Counted from the first letter of the stretch, positions 39,301 through 52,245 are shown. The stretch: DNA of 64,000 bases from Octopus sinensis (GCF_006345805.1 NC_043004.1:101370001-101434000); one strand, 5' to 3'. The notes: a model not told the origin generated them from the sequence alone. Program-made: numbers and translations.

Positions 39301-39347
39301 TACAAGACTCTTCTTATGAGTCACTGCTGCAACAATATTCCCCTCAC

Positions 39348-39386
<39 letters not shown>

Positions 39387-39796
39387 GTATATTTTTAACA
39401 CATATCTATGAAAATATTTCCTCTTGGACAAAAACCAGAGCATCATGCTTTTCAATGGTTTATATACATTTAGTATGATACACTGATATCAATGAATGAA
39501 TTTATGTATGTATGTATTGTAGAACTAGTAGAAGGATATACTTTTTTTCCAAAATGTAAATACTGTGCTTACATCTTATTACATTTATTGTGCTTACATT
39601 TTATTGAGGTCTTCACTGGTACATTTCACCAGTATTCCTTTTTATCATGAGTGGCTATGGCTTCTACTATAAACAGTATATATAAAGTATAAAATCCTTT
39701 TTAAGAGCAGAAAAATTTGCCAGCAACCAGCCGGCAAAAATTTTTATGCTCTTGAAAAGGATTTTATCCATTATATCTACTGTTCAGTATTTAGAT

Positions 39797-40409
39797 CAGT
39801 GCTTTTCAAACTTTTGGCTGGAGTGGAACCCCAAGGAAACATTCCACTGGCTCGAGGAACCCATGCACAATAATTTAATAGTCTTATGCGCAGGAGTGGC
39901 TGTGTGGTAAGTAGCTTGTTTACCAACCACATGGTTCCGGGTTCAGTCCCACTGCATGGCACCCTGGGCAAGTGTCTTCTACTATAGCCTCGGGCCGACC
40001 AAAGCCTTGTGAGTGGATTTGGTAGACGGAAACTGAAAGAAGCCCGTCGTATATATGTATATATATGTATGTGTGTGTGTTTGTGTGTCTGTGTTTGTCC
40101 CCCTAGCATTGCTTGACAACCGATGTTGGTGTGTTTATGTCCTCGTCACTTAGCGGTTCGGAAAAAGAGACCAATAGAATAAGTACTGGGTTTACAAAGA
40201 ATAAGTCCCGGGGTTGAGTTGCTCGATTAAAGGCGGTGCTCCAGCATGGCCACAGTCAAATGACTGAAACAAGTAAGAGAGAGAAAGATATCTGCACAGG
40301 AGAATTCAAAATTACTGCCGATTTTAGCAGTTTTGTAACTTCTTGCGGAACCCCTGGACTGTACTGGCGGAACCCTAAGGTTCCAGGGAACCCTGGTTGA
40401 AAACCACTG
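39797..40409. mobile_element. hAT (Charlie-like) MITE carrying a nested SINE A (39887-40283)
   Basis: CAGTGCTTTTCAAAC ... GTTGAAAACCACTG TIRs; 8-bp TSD ATTTAGAT/ATTTACAT (7 of 8). Confidence 0.8.
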
Positions 40410-41694
40410 ATTTACATGTTATAAAAAAATATATCTGTCTACTTGTCCTACAATACATTTCAGTGCTTCTAAAACAAACTTGTTTATTTACATATGACAT
40501 AATCTGTATATATGTATGTATGTCTTTGATTGTATGAGTGAGCTTGTATTTCCTTGGTGTTCACAGTTTCATAAACAATGGCTTCTTGTCAGTGTCATTG
40601 GCTTGTAGTCCACTACAAAAATATATCTGGGATTCTTGACATATTCTGTGATCATTGTAAACAAAAGACTTATTCAACAGTGCTGTTCGTTACCGGGGGT
40701 TTTTGCGTAAAACATGTCCAGGCTGTTTGTTGTCCAACAGACTGGAAGGTTATTACCTTACTTGGGGTTGGAAACTAGTGGGGTTGGCAACAGGAAAAGC
40801 ATCAGGCCATAGAAATCTCTACCCCAAAATACTCTCCTCTTACCCAAAGGTAATGATAATCTATGAATACAATTTATCAACTAGTTGTGTCACACACAAT
40901 TTTAGCTAGATTCAATCAAGGGTTAAGAATGAATTACTATGAAAACTAATACAAAGTAGTTGGTGTAAAGTTGAGGGGGTAAGCTAATCAGAATCAGATA
41001 GATTTATCATCCAGTTTTAGATAGTTACATCAAAGAAATATATTTGGGACTTTTTAATAATGACACAAAGAAAATTACTTTTATTAAAAAGAAAAAAGGA
41101 CATTTTATTACTTGAACTAAACTTTTGCTTCGCATCATGTCAAAAGCTTAAATGTGTTAAAGGATACATTTTTAATACAAATGTGAGGATCTGAACTGTA
41201 GTGGGAAATAAACATTCAGTATTGATAAAATGGTGAAAAAGAGAAAACCTCAGGTTATAAGATTTAATTAAACAGGACAGTACAACGATTATTTTATTTC
41301 TCCATCCTAAAATATACTAACATACTTCAGTCTCTGACCACCAGATATTGGTGTGTTCATGTCTCCTCTCTCTTTACATTTTTACTTTTTGGGGGTCTTC
41401 CTATATAATGGACTCTGTTCTTCAAAACTTAGCAGGCCTCACACCATCTTCTCTTAAGTAACTTGTCTCTTCTCTTTTCATCCATTTCCAAACTTGAGAC
41501 CCCAGTATGCCCAATCCTTTCTTGCCAAAACATCATCATCATCTCTCTCTTTCACTCTCTCTCTCTCATTCACTCTCTCTCTTTCTCTCTCTCTCTGGAA
41601 TGTCCTCTTGTTACAAGTGTTCCCTACAGACATTGATTTGCAACTGCTCAAACAGAACATTAATGGCATCTGTATCAGTTTCTAACGTTTCTAA

Positions 41695-42121
41695 GGCGGC
41701 GAGCTGGCAGAAACCTTAGCACACCGGGCGAAATGCTTAGCGCTATTTCGTCTGCCGCTACATTCTGAGTTCAAATTCTGCCAAGGTTGACTCTGCCTTT
41801 CATCCTTTCGGGGTCGATTAAATAAGTACCAGTTATGCACTGGGGTCGATATAATCAACTTAATCCATTTGTCTGTCCTTGTTCGTCCCCTCTGTGTTTA
41901 GCCCCTTGTAGGTAGTAAAGAAATAGGTATTTCGTCTACCTTAACATTCAGAGTTCAGATTCCGCCTAGGTCAACTTTGCCTTTCGTCCTTTCATCCTTT
42001 CAGAGTCGATTAAATAAGTACCAGTTATGCACTGGGGTCGATATAATCAACTTAATCCATTCGTCTGTCCTTGTTTGTCCCCTCTGTGTTTAGCCCCTTG
42101 TGGGTAGTAAAGAAATAGGTA
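41695..42121 (+). mobile_element. SINE family C with tandemly duplicated 3' two-thirds
   Basis: About 41760-41928 is repeated at about 41945-42121. Confidence 0.8.
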
Positions 42122-42259
42122 TCTCTATCAGTAGTATCATAGGGCCTGTAATGATAAAGAACATTGCTCCTTCCAGCAGAACAAATTAATAAAAAAACAA
42201 TCTATAAGTATAAAAAAAAATACACTTTACAGTAGTGTTTACACAATATAAACAAACAT

Positions 42260-42658
42260 AGGCGCAGGAGTGGCTGTGTGGTAAGTAGCTTGCTAACCAA
42301 CCACATGGTTCCGGGTTCAGTCCCACTGAGTGGCACCTTGGGCAAGTGTCTTCTGCTATAGCCCCAGGCCGACCAATGCCTTGTGAGTGGATTTGGTAGA
42401 CGGAAACTGAAGGAAGCCTGTCGTATATATGTATATATATATGTGTGCATGTGTGTGTGTTTGTGTGTCTGTGTTTGTCTCCCTAGCATTGCTTGACAAC
42501 CGATGCTGGTGTGTTTACATCCCCGTCACTTAGCTGTTCGGCAAAAGAGACCGATAGAATAAGTACTGGGCTTACAAAGAATAAGTCCCGGGGTCGAGTT
42601 GCTCAACTAAAGGCGGTGCTCCAGCATGGCCGCAGTCAAATGACTGAAACAAGTAAAA
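42260..42658 (+). mobile_element. SINE family A, full length
   Basis: As the other copies. Confidence 0.85.
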
Positions 42659-43281
42659 CATACCCAACAATGCAGAGTTTCTTTGACAAAAATCCTCTTA
42701 TTCATTAAACTACATTTATGGTCTGGACTGCAGCATCTGTTGCTTTTTTCTATCACCAGTTCATACATTATTGAAAGCTATTTTACTCTTTATATCACAA
42801 CTTCTTTTTTATATTAAAAATGTATGTTTTAACACATGTAAGCTTTTGATATGGCATAAACTGGCAAAAGGCAAAAACAGGTGTTTTATTCAGGCAATAA
42901 AATGTACTTTTTTGAAATAAAAATGTAATTTTGTCATGTTATTTTGAAGTCATTAAAAAGTTCCAAAAGTATTCCATTGATGTTAACTGCTGTTGAAAAC
43001 ACAGATTACTATATTTATAACAGATATTTAAATATTTAAAATTATTAGTAGCTATGCAACTAGTGAAAAATAATGTATAGTTTGACTGAATATTTATGAC
43101 ATGTAGCTTAGTCATGTAGTTCTGAATTCAGATTCTAAAACTATTGATTTTTTTTTATGTGTCCTTCATCCTTCATTCGTCTGATGGTGGTGGTGGTGGT
43201 GGTGGTGGTGGTGGGCGGGGCAATGCAAAAGTTTTAGTTACATACTTGGAATTAAGTGAACTGACTACTCTATTTCTCCTG

Positions 43282-43317
<36 letters not shown>

Positions 43318-43437
43318 TACTTTTTCAGTCATTTGACTGTGGCCATGCTGGAGCAACCGCCACAGTCTCTCTCTCTCTCTCTCTCTCTCATTCTCTCTCT
43401 CTTTCTCCTTTTTTCTCTCCTTGTTTTTTCTGTGTAC

Positions 43438-43473
43438 CTTTCTGTAGAAGAGCGTAGGCTCGAAACGTAAAAG
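43438..43473 (+). ncRNA. minimal type I hammerhead-like motif, A6U variant
   Basis: CUUU-CUGUAGA-A-GAGC(GUAG)GCUC-GAA-ACGU-A-AAAG: stem I 4 bp, stem II 4 bp, palindromic stem III, GUA triplet. Confidence 0.55.
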
Positions 43474-44044
43474 ACTTTTTCTATTCCTGAGCGTTATACT
43501 AATACATCTGTTTGTTTTGTACACCACCTGTCTTCGTCTTGTTTTTTTTCGTAAACTCTCCCTATATATTTATATATTATCCAAATTTTATAGTATTATG
43601 TATCCATCATGGCTAATCTTACCAATCAGTTTCACACAAAAAATACTATTATATAAATATGCTCATCAGAGATAGCCGACATGGAAGGGATATATATATA
43701 TATATATATAAAAAATATTTTAATCTTTCCTTATAGCAACTGCCACATAATTACACTCACTCACCCATAATGGATTTGTTGTTGTTGATGTTGTTGTTTT
43801 CTACTGCTGCTGTGGCTGTTGCTACTGCTTTATTGTTGTTGCTTTTTTATTGTTGCAGTTGTCAAGTGGTTCTGCTTAATTCTGCTCTCACAGAAATCTG
43901 TCGCATGGAAGCATCCTGGTGAATATCTAAAAACAACCTCACATATATCATGCTTTAGTCTCATTCTTTAACACCCCTAAGTTTGCAAATCAGTGTAAGT
44001 TGCAAAGAAGCGTTAATTGTTTGTTGCATATGTACAACTCAACA

Positions 44045-45047
44045 CAATATATTAATAATGAAATTATTGCATACATTACTCAGGTGCACCACAACTTGTC
44101 AGAAAGTGCGTGTAAAGCATATGCAATAATGTACAAATGTCTGGGAAGTGAACAGTGTATGATTCAGATACATGCTTGTGTGTGTATGGAGGGGAGAAAA
44201 TCAGGTGTAGTGTTGGCGAATCTCAGAAAGCATGGAAGTTTTGAAGGATGCAGTGCTCCGACAACTAACAACTGATGCCGGCAGTTTGTTCCATGCTTCA
44301 GCAACTCTCAACGTGAAAAAATGTTTCCTAAAGTCATGGGAGCTGTGCTGTTTTCTGACTTTGTAAACATGTCCATGGGTGTTAGATGGGTGGAGTTTGA
44401 AAAGGTGCTCAGAGTTATTGTTTGTAAGATGGTTAATAATTTTATGGGTGTCTGCCAAGTCAGCTGCCAGACGTCGGAGTTTCAATGTGTCCATGCCCAG
44501 GGGTTAATAAGTAATTGGTGACATAACAAGTAGATTAATTTAAATACAAACTTGTTACCAGTTCAAATATACTTCAGGTATATTCAAACGTACAAGGAAG
44601 TCACTCACTATGTTTCATCATGGAGAAAGTTTCTCGCTGTAGACAAATGATTGTAAATACATCAAATCAGCTTACAGCACCACCAAACCAGACAGTGGGA
44701 TGCATGCATTTTTGGAGTGGTTGTCTCCCCTTTAACCACACAAACCGGACAGGGAGCGCTGTGAGCTGATATGAGAGAGAGTACCTCTCTTATGATATTA
44801 CTGTCATCATTCAATGGCTGATGGTGTTATTAATAATAATAATAATAATAATGAAATTATTGTATACAGTGCTCAGGTGCACCACAACTTGTCAGAAAGT
44901 GCATATAGAGTATATGCAGTAATGTACAAATGTCTGGAAAGTGAACAATGTATGAGTCAGATACATGCTTATGTGTGTATGGAGGGGAGAAAATCAGGTG
45001 TAGTGTTGGCGAATCTCAGAAAGCATGGAAGTTTTGAAGGATGCAGT
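44045..45047 (-). mobile_element. two CR1-clade LINE 3' ends (44045-44490 and 44825-45047)
   Basis: DTLKLRRLAADL...GHVYKV...FFTLRVAEAWNKLP...FK; shared 3' UTR and (TTA)n tail; tail-only copies near 10.2 kb and 32.9 kb. Confidence 0.85.
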
Positions 45048-45256
45048 GGCTCACAATAAATAAAGTACCGGGTGGAAGCACGTACATCACTGTTTGCACT
45101 GTCACCCTGTTTTGATTTAAACGGTTGTTATTGCTATTTAGTCCCATGATCAAACAGACCTATGATCAAAAGCACACCAATCATGACCAACCCAACATTT
45201 TTCTGTCAATTACGGCATGTGTAGGACTACATCCTTGAATGTGTATGTGTTCTCCT

Positions 45257-45477
45257 TTAACTCTTTTAAAACCAACCTGGCTAAAACCGCCTCTGGCTCT
45301 GTAGTATGAATGTCTTGTCTTCATAAGTTTTGAATCAAAATCTTTCACCAAACCTTAGTCACAATTTATGTTCCTAACACTAGCTGAATGATAACTTACT
45401 AAATTCTTTGTTATATTTAGAATTAATTGAAAGAAACACAGAGCATCTCAGAATAAATACAGTAACAAAAGGGTTAG
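45257..45477. mobile_element. piggyBac-type MITE, second diverged copy
   Basis: Reverse-orientation homologue of 2821-3038; TTAA/TTAG flanks. Confidence 0.75.
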
Positions 45478-45489
45478 AATACTTTGGTG

Positions 45490-45785
45490 CTGGTTCCACA
45501 TATAAAGCACTGCTGTCACATATAAAGCACTAGTACTGGTGCCACATAAAAAGGACTGATACCACTTAAAGAGCATCCAGTACACTCAGTAAAGTGGTTG
45601 GTGTTGGGAAAGGAAACCTGCCATAGAAAACATACAAAAACAAATATTGGAGCCTGGTGCAATTCCTGGCTTTATTAGCTCCTGTCAATCCATCCAACCC
45701 ATACCAGTATGAAAATGGACATTAAATGATGATGATGATGATGATGACGATGATGGTGATGATGATGATGATGATGATAATGATA
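45490..45785 (+). mobile_element. SINE family B, diverged, with expanded (GAT)n tail
   Basis: CCACATATAAAGCAC repeats, CCAACCCATACCAGTATG, long (ATG)n. Confidence 0.65.
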
Positions 45786-46010
45786 AAATGACAGAAACAT
45801 AAATGAATAAGTGACAATAAATCAGTGTTTTAAAAGTGAATAAAAATAAGCACAAAGATGATCTACAATGAAGTCAATAATTTCAAATGTTTTCTTCCAA
45901 GCCAGAACTTAAATTGACTTCTATTGGGATAACCTTGTGAATAAAGATGACTATTAGCAATGTATCAGTGGGAAAATCATGTAACATTCCCAATACTTGC
46001 TTGTAGAATG

Positions 46011-46045
<35 letters not shown>

Positions 46046-46218
46046 CATATTTATGTATGTATATACACAGACAGATAGATATACACATACATACCTATAT
46101 ATATATATATGTATATATATACATGTGTGTGTGAATATGTATACACACTTACCCCACCACACACACACACATAATATGTGTGTGTATGTGTGTGTGTATC
46201 TGTGTCTGTGTGCGTGTG

Positions 46219-46830
46219 TCATTATTCAGTTTATTTTAAGATTTCTTGCCAAATGAGAAATAACCAGTTTCTAACCTAGATTCAAGGCTCCTTCATTGGA
46301 ATTTCAAAATCAACAACAGGGTATGTATGCATGTATGTATGTATGTATGTATGTATGTATGTATGTATGTATGTATGTGCAGATTTGTATGTTTTATGTA
46401 TGTATTCTCATATATATGTATATGAAAACCATAGACATGCTCATATACATTTAAATGATAAACTTCTGAAAAGTTTTACAGACTTTTACAGTTCCGATGA
46501 TGGATTGGATCTGTAGTCTTCGAATTACCTTTCTCCTTTCTGGTTTTGAGAAGCGTAATTTCTCAAGATTGGTACTTAGTGTTACATATCCCAGGGCCCC
46601 AATAATTACAGGTATAAACCTGAAGTTATAATCTGGATAGAGTAACTGCAGATTTCTCAACAGTTCAACAAAGGTGTTCTCTTTTTCACTGATCTTCAAC
46701 TTTATCTTAACATTCGCTGGGCAGCTAATTTCCACAACTGTGCACAGTTTCTCTTCTCTATCCCAAATCATAATATCAGGTCTGTTGTGCTTACATTTTA
46801 TTGAGGTCTTCACAGGTACATTCCACTAGA
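46219..46830 (-). mobile_element. R4/Dong-type non-LTR element, restriction-like endonuclease 3' end
   Basis: KHNRPDIMIWDREEKLCTVVEISCP...FIPVIIGALG...GTVKVCKTF (RPD..E motif); 3' UTR contains (CATA)n. Confidence 0.8.
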
Positions 46831-47081
46831 TTCCAAACAATGTTTAAACATTTGAAATATTTTGTTACATTTCTGCAATTCTGAATTTTTTAACTATAGA
46901 TCTCTGCAAATATTTATAAGCATAAAATTTTCCTAAGGAATCTGTCTTCAATACTTCTGAACTGCTTCACTTTACTTTTATGCCAATGTTAAGATGTCAT
47001 ATATACAGACAGGGTATTTGCTATTAAACAATTATTTATTTTAAAAGAGAAAGCCTCTTCAGTCCTTTATACATCCTTGAG

Positions 47082-47535
47082 ATTACAAGTTCAGGTTTAT
47101 ACCTGTAATTATTGGGACCCTGGGATATGTAACACACTGCCTAAATACTAATCTTGAGAAATTAGGCTTCTCAAAACCAGGAGGAAAGCTGATTCGAAGA
47201 CTACAGATCCAATCCATCACCGGAACAGTAAAAATCTGTAAAACTTTCCAGAAGTTTAGCATTTAGATATTTATGAGCGTGTCTAGATATGCAACGACAT
47301 GCATGAGAATACATACAGAAAAAAAACATAAAAATCTGCACATATACATACATATGTAAATGCATACATACATACATACATGCATACATACATACATACA
47401 TACATACACACATACATACATACAAACATACTCTGTTGTTGATGTTGAAATTTCAATGAAGAAATCTTGGATCTAGGTTAGAAACTGGGTCTTTCTTTAT
47501 TGGCAAGAAATCTTGAAATAAAACTGAATAATGAC
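47082..47535 (+). mobile_element. second R4/Dong-type 3' end, inverted relative to 46219-46830
   Basis: YKFRFIPVIIGTLG...LQIQSITGTVKICKTFQKF plus the same 3' UTR. Confidence 0.8.
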
Positions 47536-48140
47536 ATACATACATATATGCATCCGTACATAGACATATACACACATACATACATACATACATACATACA
47601 TACATACATACATACAGATTAATGTACACACATATAATAACACAGTATGTATCAAATACAGGCACATAGGTAGAGGAAGCCATTCTTTCTTCCCTTTTTT
47701 TTATTTTGTATTGTATTGTAATGTAATGAATATTATTTCCTAAAATAAGGCAGAATCATTAGCACGCCAGGCAAAATGCTTAGTAGCATTTTATCCATCG
47801 TTACATTCTGGGTTCAAATGCTGCCAGAGTTGACTTTGTCTTTCATCCTTTTGGTGTCGATAAATTAAGTACCAGTTGAGCACTGGGGTCAGTGTTATAG
47901 ACTTAATTGTTCCTCCCGAAATTGCTGGCCTAGGGCTAAAATTTGAAATGAACATAATTTCCTGAAATTTTGTCATTAACACAAATCTGATGAAAAATAA
48001 GAAGAAAAAAGTTGTCTTCTTTGGAATAACTCAAAGATGTTCCTTTCTAGAAGAGAAGATTCTAGCTGTAATTAAACAGCGAAATTGAACTGATAATAAC
48101 ATGAAAATTACTATTACATGTGTCATGGTATGGCTAGAAA

Positions 48141-48375
48141 AGGTGGTGAGCTGGCAGAAACGTTAGCACGCCAGGCGAAATGCGTAGCCATATTTCGTCT
48201 GCCGTTACGTTCTGAGTTCAAATCCCGCCGAGGTCGACTTTGCCTTTCATCCTTTCGGGGTCGATTGAATAAGTACCAGTTATGCACTAGAGTCGATCTA
48301 ATCGACTTAATCTGTTTGTCTGTCCTTGTTTGTCCTCTCTGTGTTTAGCCCCTTGTGGGTAGTAAAGAAATAGGT
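48141..48375 (+). mobile_element. SINE family C, young copy with 14-bp TSD
   Basis: GGTATGGCTAGAAA at 48127-48140 and 48373-48386. Confidence 0.88.
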
Positions 48376-48632
48376 ATGGCTAGAAACTAGGGTTGCTTAT
48401 CATGGATTGCTGAACTTTTGACGACAAATTCTGGTGGAATTTTAAACCGTATCAAGATCCATACTAATTCTACAATAATAATAAAAAAAAAGGCTTGGTA
48501 AGAATTCTCACAGAGGAGAACATTCAATCAGTTACATGAAGAGGATGAACAAAAAGCAGGATGTAAAATAAGCTCTAGCTAATAACATTTCAATGCAAAG
48601 TTATGATCATTGCAAACATAAATAAATAAATA

Positions 48633-49035
48633 GGCACAAGCATGGCTGTGTAGTAAGAAGCTGGCTTTCCCAACGACATGGTTTCAAGTTCAGTCCTACT
48701 GCGTGGCACTCTGGGCAAGTGTCTTCTACTATAGCCTCAAGCTGACCAAAGCCTTGTGAATTTATTTGGTAGATGGAAACTGAAAGAAGCCTGTCATATG
48801 CATATATATCTGTGTGTGTGTCTGTGTGTGTGTGTGTCTTTGTGTCTGTGTTTGTCTCCCACTGCTGTTTGACAACCAGAGCTGGTGTGTTTACATCCCC
48901 TTAACATAGCAGTTCAATAAAAGAGACCGATATAATAAGTACCAAGCTTTAAAAAAAAAGTACTGGGGGTCTTCAAGGTGGTGCCCCAGCATGGCCACAG
49001 ACTAATAACTAAAACGAGAAAAAGATAAAAGATAA
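48633..49035 (+). mobile_element. SINE family A, diverged
   Basis: Head, body and (AAAAGAT)n tail. Confidence 0.75.
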
Positions 49036-49552
49036 AATAAATTTTTTAAAATAAGTTGTTTTACATAGCAAAATCAACCAGTAAAAATGTATGGCAAAAT
49101 AACCATCTCAAATCTTTAGATTCTTCCTTGAAGAAAAATGGGAAAAACCATGTCCACAAAATAGGGAGAAGAATATTATTATTTCACAGATGTATAATGT
49201 AGTTATTTACCGGCAAAAGTGGGCAGAAAATACAAAGCTGGACTTTACTACAGACTTTAACAAGCCAAGCATGTTGATGACTTCAGCTGGCTATATTAAA
49301 TTATTCATACTTTACTTTAGGTATTGAGTACTTCTGAGTACTTTTCCTCCATTTCCAGTATTTCAACGGACCTGGTCACTCCAATTCTTCTGTTCTTTAT
49401 TTGGAATGTACATAGTAGTTTTTAGAAGAAGTACATATCTCTTGTATGTTTGAAAGAAACAGTTAAAAGGGGTTTATATTAAGAAACATATCTGGTCAAA
49501 AAGCCCCTCCCTGCAACTTAATACCAGCATGGAAAAGTAATAATGATTTATG

Positions 49553-49700
49553 TTGGCGTTAGGAAGGGCATCCAGCTGTAGAAACATTGCCAAATTAGAC
49601 TGGAGCCTGGTGCAGCCTTCTGGCTTCCCAGAACCCCGGTCGAACCGTCCAACCCATGCTAGCATGGAGAACGGACGTTAAACGACGATGATGATGATGA

Positions 49701-49702
<2 letters not shown>
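49553..49702 (+). mobile_element. SINE family B, 3' part
   Basis: TTGGCGTTAGGAAGGGCATCCAGCTG ... GGACGTTAAACGACGATGATG. Confidence 0.75.
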
Positions 49703-49743
<41 letters not shown>

Positions 49744-49903
49744 TATATATTCGTTTTGCAAGATTCTTGATGTGAATTCATGTGTTGAAACAGATGTTGT
49801 TGTATTTGGGGATGGTCATGTTGCCAGTTTAGCCTATGAAAACACATGCACTATATATTTGGTGTTCATTTGCTTCAGGTTTATTTTATATTTGTCATAT
49901 TTT

Positions 49904-49947
49904 GACCAGAGATTTTTCATCACACTTCTGTCGCCTCATCAGCGGTC
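49904..49947 (-). ncRNA. minimal type I hammerhead-like motif in the PLE 3' region
   Basis: GACCG-CUGAUGA-G..ACA(GAAG)UGU..-GAA-AAAUCU-C-UGGUC: intact core, 5-bp stem I, imperfect stem II. Confidence 0.6.
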
Positions 49948-50592
49948 CTTTGCTTTCTTCTTTCTTTTTTGTGTGTCTTTCTTTACTAATGACCAACTAT
50001 TTTGTATTCCTATTGTATGTGTCTTTATTTGCGCATGCGTATACCCCTGTGTGTGTCTATGTTTAGTAAGTGTGTGTGTGTGGAGGAGAATGTGCCTGTA
50101 TTATCAGTATCCCCTGTTTATACATGTTCGTTTAATTTGTTTTTATTTTTATTTATTTTGTTCATGTGTTTATACCAACTTATTTTTTCTATTCCTTCTT
50201 TTTTTTGTATTTAATTTAATTTAACTTTTAGTTAATTATATAATTATTTAGCTCCATTTGTTTATCTGTGTGTTTTATTATATTATATTCATATTGTTAT
50301 CAGTTTATGGAGATCTTATTCTGTCATAGGTTGTGGTGTGTTGGAGGGTGTGTGTATGCTAGCGTTCCATTCTAGTTTCCTATTCAGGCTTGTTTTATCT
50401 TCTATTATGTTTGTAGCTTCTGTAATTTGTCTAAGCATTGCGTCTGTTCTATGTGTGGACAAGATTTTAATTTCTAAGTTGTTGAGTGAGCCCTTGTGTT
50501 TCTGCTTGGCATGCTGGTACAAAACCGATGAGCTCTTCTCTTCCTTAACTTTCTTCCAATGCTCATTTACCTGCTCTCCTATGCTCTGTACT

Positions 50593-51516
50593 CTTGAAAT
50601 AGAAACAGAAACTAATAGTATGGAGAGCATCCAGCAAATAGCTGACTCCATCCACCAGAGTATTAAGGTCATGATAGACTACCCTTCGAAACACCCTAAC
50701 CATAGACTACCAGTACTGGATACAAAACTCTGGCTGGAAACTGTGAATAATAAAACCTGGATCCTTCATTCACATTATGCCAAACCTATGGTCTCCAAAT
50801 ACCTGATCCACTGGAACTCAGCTATCACAGACAATGCCAAATTCAATATATTGATGGCAGACCTCGTCAGAGTAATGAGAAATGTGTTCTGCATGTGCAA
50901 CCCTACAGAGTTAAAGACACACATACAACACTTCGTTCACTGCATGCAGTTCTCAGTATACAGCCATAGAGAAAGGATCAGAGTATACAAAGGAGCCATG
51001 AGGAAATTTGAAACTATCATACGTAAAGATAGGAATGGGATTTGCCCACTCTATAGGAGCAAGTCATGGAACACCATTGAAAGGACTAAGAAGAAAATAG
51101 GGAAGGCCAACTCATGGTATGATAGCCACAAATACAAGAGTGTCATGTTTGTCGATACCATCTCTAGAGGCAAACTGGCATACCACTTTAAAAGGGCCCA
51201 AGACAAACTTATGCTAAGAATTAAGATTGTAGAAAAGCCAGGCAACCCTATCAAATCCCTAATCGGTAAAACCTACCCTTTTAATCGAACCCCCTGTACT
51301 GATAGGAACTGTACTGTATGTAGATTTAGCCCACAAACAAACTGTAAGGCCAGGAATGTAGTCTATAGTATAAGATGTACAGAGGGACGGTGCAGTAACA
51401 AGACAACAACATACATGGGGGAAACAGTACAGAGCATAGGAGAGCAGGTAAATGAGCATTGGAGGGAATTTAAGGAAGAGAAGAGCTTGTTGGTTCTGTA
51501 CCAGAATGCCGAGTAG
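50593..51516 (+). pseudogene. Penelope-like ORF fragment: RT thumb, Cys-rich linker, GIY-YIG endonuclease
   Basis: RLPVLDTKLW ... PLYRSKSW ... PCTDRNCTVC...NCKARNVVYSIRC...C...YMGETVQSIGEQVNEH; premature TAG where the inverted copy has CAG. Confidence 0.88.
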
Positions 51517-52069
51517 GAACATGGAGCTCACTCAACAACTTAGAAGTTAAAATCTTGTCCACACATAGAACAGATGCAATGCTTAGACAAATTACAGAAG
51601 CTACACACATAATAGAAGATAAAACAAGCCTGAATAGAAACTAGAATGGAACACTAGCGCCCCACCCCCCTCCAACACACCACAACCTATGACAGAATAA
51701 GATCCCCTTAAACTGATAACAATATGAATATAATATAATAAAACACACAGATAAACAAATGGAACTAAATAATTATATATATTAACTAAAAGTTAAATTA
51801 AACTAAATACAAAACAAAAGAGGGAATAGAAAAAATAAGTTGGTATAAACACATGAACAAAATAAATAAAAATAAAAACAAATTAAACGAACATGTATAA
51901 CAGGGGATACTGATAATACAGGCTCATTCCTCCACACACACACACACTTACTAAACATAGGCACACACAGGGGTATACACATGCGCAAATAAAGACACAT
52001 ACAATAGGAATACAAAATGGTTGGTCATTAGTAAAGAAAGACATACAAAGAAGAAAGAAGAAATCAAAG

Positions 52070-52113
52070 GACCAATGATGAGGCAACAGAAGTGTGATGA
52101 AAAATCTCTGGTC
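52070..52113 (+). ncRNA. hammerhead copy with mutated core (C3A)
   Basis: GACCA-AUGAUGA...GAAAAAUCUCUGGUC, the paralogue of 49904-49947. Confidence 0.5.
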
Positions 52114-52197
52114 AAAATAAAGTTGAAGCAAATGAACACCAAATATATAGTGCATGTATTTTCATAGGCTAAACTGGCAACATGACCATCCCCAAAT

Positions 52198-52245
<48 letters not shown>

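Larger units (their letters stand above)
49740..52202 (+). mobile_element. Penelope-like retroelement, 5'-truncated, with an inverted copy of its 3' end upstream
   Basis: About 49800-50592 is the reverse complement of about 51428-52202; both ends abut (TA)n; the unique middle encodes the RT C-terminus and a GIY-YIG domain. Confidence 0.9.

Noticed and set aside
50338-50592. N-terminal part of the 392-aa ORF in the supplied track
   Set aside because: It is the antisense reading of the inverted Penelope copy; only 50593-51516 is meaningful coding sequence.
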